Below are positions 23,818 to 35,700 of a DNA stretch of 64,000 nucleotides, piece by piece. The position numbers and the translations under genes were made by a program. The notes under the pieces are model-generated. The model made no database searches. It worked only from the letters and a program-made list of their open reading frames with translations, and was not told the origin of the DNA. This stretch comes from Takakia lepidozioides (Eukaryota > Plantae > Bryophyta). Numbering within the stretch: the stretch's first letter is position 1; each line of letters opens with the position of its first letter. The stretch spans positions 79,980,001 through 80,044,000 of the forward strand of contig CM060732.1 of assembly GCA_030704615.1 (NCBI GenBank), read 5' to 3'.

Positions 23818-24935
23818 GTGCAGGGTCGTAATGTCCTCACTAACTTTTAGGTTACTCTTATTTTAAGTGGGTGCAGTGCTGCTTCTAGTATAGGGCTCTT
23901 ATCACTCAGTACATCATAGCGAAATTGAAGTGCTTATTCTCAGGTAAATCTGTGTCTTTTGGCACTCTAAAATGAGTTTTTTTTGTTGTCAGGGTTAAAG
24001 GCCGTGTTGTAAATTGACTTGGGATTGGTCCAGGGAATAAATTTCACCACAGACAAGTTGATGGAGGCTGGTGCGGAAATGGTAGAGTCTGATAGAGTCA
24101 CATGTTGCGGATGTGAAAACAACAGACAATTACATGTTGCGGATTTTCTGCATTGGCTTCACAAAGAAGCGACCCAACCACATTAAGCGCACTTGCTACG
24201 CACAATTTCAAAAATGTTAGACAATTTCTAGGGCTCTTCGACAAAATGATGCAATTCTTAGAAGTTGAATGGCAGTCTCTGAAAGAAATAGAACCTCAAG
24301 TACACCAACCAATAGTTTTTGGGGATAATGAAGGCATTTCAGGTCTCTGATGTCCATTTCTGAGGTTCATGTGTGAGTGGGAAAGAGAGACAGAGACAGA
24401 GACAGAGACAGAAATTTCCATAGAACATGACGGTTGCAATGGTGGTTGCTTGTCAGGAACACTGCAAAACATTGTATGCAGCCAGTATTTCCATGCAGGT
24501 CCTTCACCAGTTTCGCGATATGCAGCCTGATGTAAGTAGTGTTACCATGTCTCGGCTTGCTTTGGTGGAAGATGAGGGAGATCATTGTGCATGAAGCTCA
24601 AACTTGTGATTTGAAGGTTCTTGTAGCCAAGTCCATTCCAGAGGTGATTGGAAAAGACATTGAGAAGATATCAGCCAGTATGTATCCTATACAGAACACC
24701 TTCAGCCACAAAGTAAATATTATGAAAGCTCCCAGAGTTGATGTGGGCAAGCTTATGGAGGTAGAACTCGCTTCCATCCTCTAATTTAAGTGCTGGATAA
24801 GTTTCAGTTTAGTGTCAACGTTCACTGCATACATTGGTTGTTTTCTTGGCTGGTATCTTGTTGCTTGGCTGCTTTCATGGGGATCACATACAGTGAGGAG
24901 GTGGGAGCAAAGATAGAGCGACATGTTGGTGAGTT
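23818..24935 (+). pseudogene. RPS3A: 40S ribosomal protein S3a (eS1) fragments with introns
   Basis: QGRNVLTNF; NFTTDKL...[32 protein letters not shown]; [21 protein letters not shown]...[12 protein letters not shown]|GT; HGD.YSEEVGAKIER. Frameshifts present; partial second copy at ~25436-25560. Confidence 0.88.
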
Positions 24936-26177
24936 GGAAGAGCTTGAAGAGGAGCATGTTGAGGTACCAGGGGTTAAATTTCCCGTGTGTAGTGGAAGGG
25001 GGGGAGTACGAACGTAAGTTCTGCTGCAATAATTTTTTATTTCCAGCCTACATGTTCTTGTTGGATATTAATTGAAGTGCTTTCAATGTTGCTGCAATAC
25101 CATAATAAAGTGGAGGTTGTTGAATGCAGTTGGCCTTGCTTGGTGCGGACAGAATCCATTGCAATGTGGAGATGGCTGATTATAGCATTTCCAGAGGATG
25201 GTGTGGATGACCTTGCGTGGTGCATGCAGAGTCCGTGGCAATGTGGAGATGGCTGAATGGGCAAAGGAGGCAAGTGGCAAAGAAGCCACGTCACTGGTAC
25301 ATAGTTGTGTGCGACATACTATAAGAAACTGTACTATATGTCATTCCAGAGACTGTCATTGTTGGTCCATGTGTTTTACAATAATGCTATCAATATAAGA
25401 CTTCTGGTTTGCATTGGAAGCTCAATCCCTGTAAGTTCATTGTGTGTGAAGCTCAAACTTGTGATTTGAAGGATCTTGTAGCCAAGTTCATTCAACCGGA
25501 AAGGAAAAATTCTGAAAGCTCCCAAATTTGATGTGGGCAAGCTTATGGAGGTAAAACTCAGCTTCCCTCCTCTAATGTAAGTGCTGGATAAGTTTCATTT
25601 AGTGTCGACCTTCACTACATATATTGGCTCTTTTCTTGGCTGGTTTCATATTTTCTTGGCTGGTATGCTGTTGGTTGGTTTCTTTTATTTCACGTGTGTA
25701 GTGGAAGAGGAGAAGTACTTTCCTAAGTTCTGCTGCAACAATGTCTTTTTCCAGCCTAGATGTTCTCGATGGATACAAATTGAAGTGCTTTGAATGTTGC
25801 TGCAATACTATAATAAAGTGGAGGGTGCTGAATGCAGTTGGCCTTGATTCGTGCAGGCATAATCCAGGGAAATGTGGACATAGCTGAAACCCCATGATAG
25901 CATTTCCAGAGGATGGTCTGGATAGCCTTTCGTGGCGTGTGCCGAATCCATGGCAAGAAAACATTGCAGGCAGAACCCATGGCAATGGTACCAGCACGGG
26001 TTGGTCCAAAACCAATTGCAACAACAAATGAATAAAGGGTGCTGAAAGGAAAGCACTCCATAATTGATCATAAAATCCACTGTCCAAGCATGATATCTTA
26101 ATGGGAATGCGAAGGGAGTGTTACGACCTTAAACTATCATGCATGGTCTATAACTGGAGTGCACAAATCTAGCATAT

Positions 26178-26716
26178 CTAATCTTCATCATCCTCATCTA
26201 TGTCTGGGTCACTACATGTATCACTGTCTTCATCACAAACTTGATCTTGTCCAAGGGTTGGCTGAACATCATCACCACGTATACGGGGTGCTCGGAGGTA
26301 CAAGGAGGCCACCTGCTCTGGAGTAACCGGTACCGCTCGGCTGCATGTTGGGCCATCAGTAACCAGAGTCTCCTCTAGTCTTTGTGGGGCTAACAATCCT
26401 TCCACTTCCGCCACATCATCATTATCAATTGATATGTCGCAGACCACTCTACGTGCTCGGGGGCTCTTCTCCAGGACGACTTTCCACCCCGGCTCCTTCA
26501 CACAATAAAAAAAAAACACTTGATCAACCTGGCCAGGAAACACAAAAGGTTGCTCAGAAGATGGAAGCATATGGTTAAAATTGACCAGTGTGAATCCAGC
26601 ATCATCCTGCTTCATTGACATAGGTTGACGACCCACGCGACGCGCCTGTACCCACGAACACAAAAACACTATAGGCTGTGTTTGGCCATAGTCAATTTGC
26701 AAAATCTCCCTTATAA
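26178..26716 (-). pseudogene. CACTA transposase C-terminal region (DUF4216-like)
   Basis: IREILQIDYG...VFLCSWV...DDAGFTLVNF...QPFVFPGQVDQVFF...WKVVL, paralogous to 59680-59950. Confidence 0.85.
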
Positions 26717-27232
26717 TCATCCACAGACTGATGGTCAAACCGAACGTGTAAACCAGATTTTGGAGCAGTATCTTCGCTGTATGATAAATTATCACCAAGA
26801 TAATTGGACGGATCTTCTGTCATTGGCTGAGTTTGCCTACAACAACACTATACATTCTTCGACCAATCAAACTCCATTTTTCTCCAATTATGGTCATCAT
26901 CCTCAAGCAAACCATTTCCACATGAAGACTGTTGGAAAACCTGCTGCAGAAAACCTTGCTACTCATCTTGTTACAATTCACAAGGAGCTTATATTCCACC
27001 TCGCAGAAGCTCAAAAACCTTACAAGGAGTATACAGATCAATGTCTCCAACTCCAACCTCAGTTCAAGGTCGGAGATCGTGTGTGGTTTTTTCGACGAGA
27101 CATATAGACCTCACGACCATTAAGGAAGTTGGATTATTAACGCTTGGGACCATTCAAAATTATTCGATAAATAAATCTGGTCAGTTTTCGGCTTGAACTC
27201 CCATGAAATATGCGCATCCATCCAGTCTTTCA
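26717..27232 (+). pseudogene. Chromovirus integrase C-terminal part
   Basis: HPQTDGQTERVNQILEQYLR...AEFAYNN...FKVGDRVW...LGPFKI...MRIHPVF. Confidence 0.9.
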
Positions 27233-28651
27233 GAAAGTGGCCGACTAATACTCCGGGCCAAAACCGACATCATTAAGAGTCCCCTCACCTTGCGGCTATT
27301 GGCCCAGGGGATGGACTCTATTAGGGTGGAAGTAACCGGGTTTATGAAGGTATTTGGTTATTTTTGAGTTTGTCTTTGTTGGTAATAATGGCATTGGTGA
27401 CGGATCGAGAAGGGATCAAATGGTGGTGAAGTGGATTTCTCATTGAAGAACTTGAAGACATTTTTGGAGAATAAATTGCGGTAAGAGTGGAGAAAATTAT
27501 GGTTGCGTATGTGGATTCCTCCATGAATCCAATCACGATTACAACGAGTGGACGGAGGTGCCACCCACGGGCATGAGGGTGAGGATCAATGGAGCATATT
27601 TTGTCTTTGTAGATGGGAGGGCTTGGTGAGGGGATGTACAGTCCAGCAGGAAGGAGCATTTGCAGAATAACGTGATCAAGAGGCCAGCCTTAGTATGTAT
27701 CTGCATAGATAAATGTGAACCATCTAGTTTCATGATTATGTTGTGATGTTTGTGGAGGTACCAAAATGATGCGATTGCGGCAAGTGATGCATAGCTAGGC
27801 CATGTATAGCAATGTGAGTGCAATATTGGCAGAGCAGATGCGACCAAGTAGATTGGGCCGGGACAGGTAGCTGAGCGTGTCACACAATATAAGAAGTGAT
27901 AAAAAGTCAGCTAAAATATATGTTGAAAGAGAATAGATATCTTAAATTGTCATTATTAAAGGAGTCTCTGTGAAAGATAAGTCATGAGTATTCAAAATTT
28001 AAGAAAGTATTGTTTTGGGACAACGACATGTTGAACAAAGTTTTTTGTTACGAGAAGAACTCAAGATTTGGATATTTCTTATCGTCGTCAGGTGTTAGAT
28101 AGCTATCAATTCTTGGTCAATTCTCTAAGATTATATAAGCTAGACAGACTTACGTGGGATATTGTGACTACCTATAGGTTGATCAAGGAGGAACTCCTGG
28201 GAAAAGAAAAAAGAATGTGTTCTTAGTCTAGTGTCCGTAACAATAGCAACGATTTACGTAACTATTGCAAGAGAAAATCATTAGGCTAGGGAGTGTAAGA
28301 AGATAAAGTTTAACAAGAAAAATATAATATAATGATGAAGCAGTCATTTAAAAAAAAGCAAAAATACACCATTTTCCGAGGAAGAAATTGACCTCACGAA
28401 ATCAACAAAGGAATAATGGGTTAAAATATGGCACTGTTTCGGAAATTTATTGCCCTCTCTAATGTCATCATGTCACTGCAATGAGGACGCAGCTTGTACA
28501 GCTGTCGCACAGGGAATGAGCCACATGTCATCCGGATTCATTCGATCCAGATGATCTTGTCTATCAATTTCTAGAAACCCTACCACCCTGCCAGTACAAA
28601 GAGCAAAAAACCTTGGGTTCAAACTCTTCCCGCTTTCGCCAAGGAGTCGAG

Positions 28652-29223
28652 TGTCAAGGACGAGAACATGACTGAATACAAACAAGAGATCAGACTAGAG
28701 GTACAAGACTAGACAAGAAGTCAAGGTCGGCGTGGCCGAATGCATGATGAGTACAAGATATTGGAACACGACTTGAATACTGGAATGCTGGAAACTGGAC
28801 TAGAGTACCATATACTGGAAACTGGGCTAGAGTACTAAGAACTGGACTGGGGTACTGGGAACTAGAAACAAGAGTAGCTTAAACTGGTGTTGGTGAGACT
28901 GAAGAGTGTACAGTCTCGCCTCCTATATATACTGGCTACTAAGAAGTCTCCTAAGAAGCTTCCCCTTTGGAGGTTTCTTAATGGAGAAGTTTCCAAGAGT
29001 AAACAAAGGTTTCTTGATGGAGAAGTTTCCTTAAACAAATGAGGTATCTTGTTGGAGAAGTTTCCTCCAAATAAAGCTTCATGAACAGTTTCCCAAGTTA
29101 CTCTTGGTAATTTGGTAAATTCCCGGTAATATGGTAAGTAATGGTAGATCATGGTAAATCATGATAACTTGATAACTTCTGGTATTTATTCTTGGTAAGT
29201 TCTTATGGGCTATGTCCGTGACA
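28652..29223 (-). repeat. 3' LTR of the chromovirus family (minus strand), with PPT at 29224-29240
   Basis: Reverse complement of the 19506-20140 LTR with indels; preceded on the minus strand by gctagaagagggggtga. Confidence 0.9.
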
Positions 29224-29849
29224 TCACCCCCTCTTCTAGCACCGAGTTCCTCGAGGAGCGGTAAAATCTTGGACTTACTTAGAGTTGGAGAAAATCCAAA
29301 ATCCGGCGAATGGTACTTGCCAAGTATTCGGCTCTTCGTTCTTGACTCAAATGATTTATAGGTCCCTGCAACCATCGATAATGTCCAACACCTTGAACTT
29401 GGGACCACGTAGTGATTTGAGCATTCTGATTTTCGAAGCTGCCTGCAAACATGATTTCGTTGCCTTTTGGGTCCGAAGCCTCAACCTCCAACAGAATTAT
29501 CAGACTTCGAGTAGGCTTCACTTGCCATCGTACGGGGTCCAGACGAGAAAGTACGCGTCGCATTGGTGGCTTATCGTCTCGAGAGCGTCGGCGTGATGTT
29601 GAAGGTCGTGAGAGTCGGAACGGCTGATCTGGTAGTTGGGTAAGCGACAACTCCAATGTATGGGGTTCTTGTGACTCCATATTGCCAATACAAGATTCAA
29701 GAGTACTGAAAGTGCTGGAAGTGTAGCTATATATACTGATGTGTGGTGCTCCTCCCTCCTTAGCGTGTATCAGGTACATTGAATGTGGAGTCTTCACCTT
29801 GAAGCTAACTTGGCTAACATCATCGTTGTGACGTCTTATTGACGTGTGA

Positions 29850-30108
29850 CTCGGGGCTTAGCTGGATATCGTTGATGAAACTCTTGGACTTTGTCAGATG
29901 CATTGGCGAGGTTGGATGAAGGTTCTTACGTTCGTTCGCTGATATTGTAGCCTTTCCGATGTACAAAATACTCAAGACGTTTATACTTGATGCGAAAGTC
30001 TAGGATTTCGTCGACTTCATAATCAATTTCCTGATTGACTTCGATTGGTGGAGGTGGTATGGAGACTCTCCTTGGAATATTCGATGGATGATACGACTCC
30101 AATAATGA
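29850..30108 (-). pseudogene. Integrase-terminal chromodomain of a chromovirus
   Basis: SLLESYHPSNIPRRVSIPPPPIEVNQEIDYEVDEILDFRIKYKRLEYFVHRKGYNISERT*EPSSNLANASDKVQEFHQRYP. Confidence 0.85.
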
Positions 30109-30120
30109 AGAGTAGTACTA

Positions 30121-30852
30121 AGGTAGATGAACCTAAGTCAAACCACTTTCTAAAATGGATCCCTAGAAAAATACATTAAACCAGAGAGATGCGAACTCTG
30201 AAAGACGCTTTCATTACGAGTGGTCCAGATTAATAATTACTAACGATCTATATTTCAAATAATACTGCACAACTAGAGAGAAGTACTAAGTCATATTTGA
30301 GAATGCCTCCAAACAATTAAGGTGTTAAGGGATCGCATGTCATGATGACTAACCATGTTGAGTTCCATCTTGTTCAATTTAGGAAGCCAATGATTACTTT
30401 TTATACTCCACTGGAGTAGTTTTATGCATGCCGTGGTCACTTTTGGGACGATGGTGGGCCCATGCATATGGAGATGGTTCAATAGTTATTCGATCTCGGT
30501 TTCTTAGGAGTGAAAGGTTTATTTTACATAATTGCATGAGCAGTTTGCTAGCATAACTTGATCACATTTTAAGTACAGATTAGTCAGCAAAGGGATTAAA
30601 AGCCTGCACTTTAAGGACATTAAGCTGTTGGGTTGACCTTTGGTCCAGAATAATACCCTCTACTGGCCCACAATAGGTATTTAATGTATTTTCACTTTGG
30701 ATATTTGCCAATATTACGGATTTTGTCATTTGTCATTTGTTTTTTTTTGCAATAATTCTGATTTACATTTGCCAACGTTAATATCAGTACCCAAGGTGCA
30801 TCTCTCAATTATGCTGTGTTTCTTAAATGAGCCAGAATAGGTTCATCTACCT
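30121..30852. mobile_element. Putative non-autonomous TIR element (MITE-like) with TA flanks
   Basis: Perfect 18-bp inverted repeat ctaaggtagatgaaccta (30118-30135) / taggttcatctaccttag (30838-30855); AT-rich non-coding interior. Confidence 0.5.
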
Positions 30853-30919
30853 TAGCCTTTCAAATATGCAACAAATGCAACAAGAAGGGTTTCATGTGGC
30901 CTCATCACTTCCTTGCAGC

Positions 30920-31054
30920 GTCCTACAAGATCCCACATTTATATAGTCTTTAGAAGATCCATCGTAAAGTTCCAAAGCATGTAATCTTTGCCCTCAAACT
31001 TATCAACAGGCCTTATAGTGGGCCGACAAACTGTGAATCGTCAAAATTTGCCAT
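30920..31054 (-). pseudogene. Ty1/Copia gag N-terminal fragment
   Basis: PVDKFEGKDYMLWNFTMDLL...MWDLV resembles the Copia gag N-terminus (KFDG.NY..W...M......LWD.V). Confidence 0.4.
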
Positions 31055-31204
31055 ATCTAATTTGCCATAATCTAGCATTTCGATTCACATCTTCAGAAAA
31101 TTTTCAACGCCCTTGACCAGTTGCATGGACTGTAATACAATCTTATAACTCAGGAACCAAAGACGATGATCTGCGCACCACAAGGATACGTTCCTCCAAA
31201 CGAC

Positions 31205-31471
31205 AACACAACATGGAAGCACTTCAAAGATTATGCGTTTCACCTATCAGTCCCTGCCTCTGCGTTAGTCCGCCCTGCGTCACAACATGGAAGCACTTCA
31301 AAGATTATCAGTTTTCTCTATCAGTCCCTGGCTCTGCGTTAGTCCGCCCTGAACATGGAAGCACTTCAAAGATTAACAGTTTTCTGGCTCTGCGTTAGGC
31401 CGCCCTGCGTCACAACATGGATTATCAGTTTTCTCTATCAGTCCCTGGCTCTGCGTTAGTCCGCCCTGCGT
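31205..31471. repeat. Degenerate tandem repeat, ~4 units of 60-75 bp
   Basis: Recurring caacatggaagcacttcaaagatt and ctctgcgttagtccgccctgcgt. Confidence 0.85.
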
Positions 31472-31683
31472 GAATCTGGTTGCAGAGATCTAGTGCTAGA
31501 GAGTCGGAGAGTCTTGAAAACGCTTTGGATGAATGTATCGATCATCCTTCCCCGCAGACATTATTTGGATGAATGTCTCTAGAAGGAGTGGATAGTCAAT
31601 CATGTATGGACTATAACCTCATAGTGATTGGTCACAAAGAAAAATTGTCGACATGAAAAGGAAACAATGTGGCTTCTGGGATT

Positions 31684-32032
31684 TGAGCCCTGGCCGACTG
31701 AATTGGAGCACATCCATATTTGGTGGATGGAGCGCTGATGATACATTCATCCCTTGACTCTAGCTCATTGAGCCCTGGCCGACTAAATTGGAGTACATCC
31801 ATATTTGGTGGATGGAGCGCCGATGATACATTCATCCCTAGACTCCAGTACCTCATTTGAGCCGTGGCCGACTAAATTGGAGCACATCCATATTTTGTGG
31901 ATGGAGCGCTAATGCTACATTCATCCCTTTACTCCTGAGACTCATTTGTGCCATGGCCGATTAAATTGGAGCACATCCATATTTGGTGGATGGAGCGCTG
32001 ATGATACATTCATCCATTGACTCCAGTAGCTC
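31684..32032. repeat. Tandem repeat, 4 units of ~85-90 bp with an internal hairpin
   Basis: tggccgactaaattggagcacatccatatttggtggatggagcgctgatgatacattcatcc repeated 4 times. Confidence 0.9.
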
Positions 32033-32734
32033 AGAGAGGAAGAGAGTTGAGTGAAGCAGGGTTTTGAAAACACTTATTTGTCTGGTCTTCAAGACTGCGG
32101 ATTTGATTGATGCTGGAGCGCTTGCAATCATGCTCTGCAACCAGATCCACGCATCAAATGGACTAGCGCCAAGCTATGATCTCGGCAGACATTGGAAATG
32201 CTTTCTATGCCTTTGCATCTGACTGCTGGACTTGGAAATTTGAGAACATGTATATTCTTGCATGGCAGAGTGGGATTGGAGGGGGACAAGTGGCCGTAAG
32301 CTGTCACTGCAATGAGACCGACGGCTGACTTCTTGTAATCTTTGGAGTGTTGCCATGCTGTGTCGTTTGGAGGCAGGGATACCTGTGGTGCGCAGATCGT
32401 CTTTGGTTCCGAGGCAATCTGAGTCATAAAATTGCATTACAGTCCATGCTACCAAGGGCGCTGATATATTTTGGAGATGTAAATCCGAGAATGCTGACAT
32501 TATATCATCACGAGCTGTAGTCACCTGGTGAGCGGTGTCCTCTGTAGTGCGCAGATCATGTTGGTTGGAGGAAATCTGAGGTAGCAACATAATCAACAGC
32601 CGGACAGGCGAGAAAACTATGTATTCTGGGATACTTAGTCTGACGTCGAGCTTCCCTGTGACCAGATGAGACATGAGATTTTTGATTTCGCGGATCCAGA
32701 TACAGTGACAGTTGTTTCAGAGTAGGAACTCATC

Positions 32735-35700
32735 ATGGCATGGCTTGGGAAAGTAACTCTCAGCGATTTCGCTGGCGCGGTGACGAAACTGAGTGAGAGT
32801 GTGAAGAACATCGAGAAGAACTTTGATTCTGCGCTCGGGTTTGAAAGTAGGACGGAAGATCGTGAAGGTATGGTCATTGGCTCTCTCCTTAAATCAATTA
32901 TCTCCTTGGTAACATATTCCTGCATTGTTCGCCAGGCGTTTGCTTATAGTTTCCTCCTTGACTAAGACGCAGTGGCCTCGTCGTTTACACCCGTGGATCT
33001 GTCTATGTTTTATACTCATATTAATGCCTCTATGAATGTTGGCCTCGAGGGCATACTCTCCACCATTCTTAGGTATGAATTTCCTCCCAGGGTGCCATTT
33101 GGCACACGGTGTCAACGAGAATCTTGTTTAGTGGATCTGAGTGCTGGCATTGGCTGTGGCTGTGGTTGCACTCCCTGTCAATGGGGATGAAGTAGTGCTG
33201 AACAGAGCCCGAAGGTAGCTCAGAAGAAATACGTGGGTTTGTGATCACATTGCCCACTACACCCCACGGCCTAGAAGGGTAATCTCCATAAGATATGCAG
33301 TTTCTGTGTAAGGCTTTGAAAACCCTGCCTGAACATTGATTCTATTTGTAGTTGATGTAACTTGAAGATGGGTTGGTGTGATTAAAGTTCATTCCTCTCC
33401 TGAGAAGACAAATGGGATCGAGCCAGCCACTCAATCCAATGCAGTTCATGAGAGTGGTCCAAACTTGCTGGTGGGCATCAGTTCTCCAAGTATTGCCAGG
33501 CTGGTAGCTTCCACGGAACCCCCATCTGATGCCAAAGTGGAGGAAACTGATGAAGAACCTGTAGCAGAAAATGACTCACATATCAAAGATGGATTCCCTG
33601 CCTCTGTCCAATTAAGTGAGCCTCATGCAGATGAGGCAGTCTCCAAGAGGAATGAATCCCCTTCACGGCCTGAGGTAGAGTGTCCAGTGAATTCGCAGAC
33701 AGGTTTGGTTGGAACTTTGGCGTCAGAGGATGAACCCCTGCAACAAGTTGACCCAGGGGTGGAAAAAGCAAACTCTGCGGTGGGACCTGAGGTTGCAGTC
33801 CAGGTGGGAAGCAGAGATGTGGAAGAATCTAAGGGCCATGAGGCACAAGAGGAAAAGAAGGCATTGGATTCTCCTGTCATGCCCACTGGTCCCGAGTCCA
33901 AAAAGGAATTTGAGGTACCCATGGAGCTTGGCAATAGTGTCAAGCTTGCCAACGGAATCAATGGAATTGGTCAACACAGGGATTATTGTAGTGGACAGGG
34001 GGGAGAGTTATCTGATTCTGGTGCCGTTAAGGGGATCACTCCAAGGGAAGGTGCCCTGTCCAGTCCGACAAAACTAGTAGACCTGGAAATTTCATATGCA
34101 GACACAGATGGCAAAGTGAATAGGAATTTGCAGGCTGACATGAAGATGATGGAAGCTGCTTTACAAGGTGCAGCCAATCAGTCCCAGGTAAACTGATATA
34201 GTTCTCACCTCACTGTCAAATTTCACTGTTTTCCTAGTGTGCAGGTGTAAGGAGAGTTGGGGTGCCTATTACTCTGTCACCCCTTGCAATTACACAGAGG
34301 ATTCCATCCTGCCTCGTTCTAAATTTCTGGAGACGATTGTGAGCTGCTGTAGTGAGTTTGTGGTGGGCCGTTATGCAGCTCAAAGCAGATGAAATCTCAA
34401 GGCTGATGATCGAAAACGATCAACTGAGATCGGTGCTTGATGACCTGAAGGTAATTCCTATAATTGTACCCTGGCTTTGGCTGGGAGACAAATTTCTTTC
34501 TAACTCAGGTTTCATGTCAGTGTTGCTTATGCCACAAATTGTTTTTGGCAAATCCAACACAAATTCAACATCGGATCATGTATTTGAGCACCTTCTATAT
34601 GCCTTACACCTGTAAACACTAACATGATGGCTATTTGAGATATTATCTGGGAAGTGGATATCTTCTTTGGCTCACCAGCTGTACCAATCATTGTGAAGCG
34701 AGTGCCCTCAGGAAAGTAGAAATTCCTGGACTTGCTAAGTGAAACCTAGTCTTCTATGAGTCTTTAGCAATGTGGTCAGCTGGGCACATGATTGTTTGAA
34801 ACACCTTCTGGGCTATATGCTTCCTTTGTCTCGAGTCTGAGCTGTTGCCCTTTTTTAGGTGTCTGTATCTTCTTTGCTGTGGACTATAACATCGGGGAGT
34901 GAAGATTCATGGCAGAAACATGCTTAGCTAATTCCTGCATACTGTAGAGTTACTTCAGGAAATCTCAGAGTCACTGATGAACTTCATGAAACAGAGGAAG
35001 GCGAGTGATGTGGAGCTGGATGCTTTGCGAGAAGAGTACCAGCAGCGCCTGGGCGCTGCAGAGCGCAAGGTGAGTCCCTTAGCCCCAACGGCATTTGTGT
35101 TGACTTGTGACTGTTTGTGCCAAAGTTGGGAGGAGATACCTGCACAAATAAACTTGAAATGTTTAGACGGGCATTCAGGTGGCCATGGGGGTAAACTAGT
35201 TTGAAGTCTTTCTGACATTGTGGTGGAAAACTCAGAATCCTGAATGTGTAGAGGACTGCAAGGGAAGACAAACCGTATCTGATTATGTAGTCAAGGTGGT
35301 GAAGGAGATACCACCTGTAGATACAACCTTTCTGTGGTTTGCTTCAGAGAGGGCTTGAATGGTTGCAAGGCAGGTTTATGCGCTCACTAAGGAAAGGGAT
35401 ATGCTGCGAAGGGAGCAGAATCGAAAGAGTGACTCCTCAATATTGTTGAAGGAAAAGGATGAAATAATCAAACAGGTTATGGCAGAAGGTAGGCTGCGAT
35501 GTTTCTTGTCTGATTTAAGATTTTTGTCGATCCAAAGGGCTTCAGCTCTGGCGTCGCTGTTTTGTAGAATGGTTGCATTCAACACAAATGTCATCATTTT
35601 GAACTTTCTCACTGTAGCAGTAGATTGGACTTCTGAGAAGTGATGCCCCAGCACCCTCCTATTGATACTACCCAGCTTCCTTGTGGAACACTTGTAGGTG

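Larger units (their letters stand above)
22556..26716 (-). mobile_element. Truncated CACTA (En/Spm) element: 3' end with captured RPS3a fragments and TnpD C-terminus
   Basis: Begins CACTACAAGA, with ~400 bp similar to 63589-64000 and repeated (a/g)actaca subterminal motifs. Ends in a DUF4216-like ORF joined to Gypsy integrase. Confidence 0.8.

Noticed and set aside
27342-27883. Possible LINE C-terminal remnant on the minus strand
   Set aside because: No diagnostic motif could be confirmed by eye.
19506-29223. Pairing the two chromovirus LTRs as one intact element
   Set aside because: Opposite orientation, different lengths (635 vs 572 bp) and non-matching flanks (gtaag vs ctcga).
31684-32032. 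Regularly spaced repeats resembling a CRISPR array
   Set aside because: Units are similar over their whole length with no unique spacers; eukaryotic context and no cas genes.
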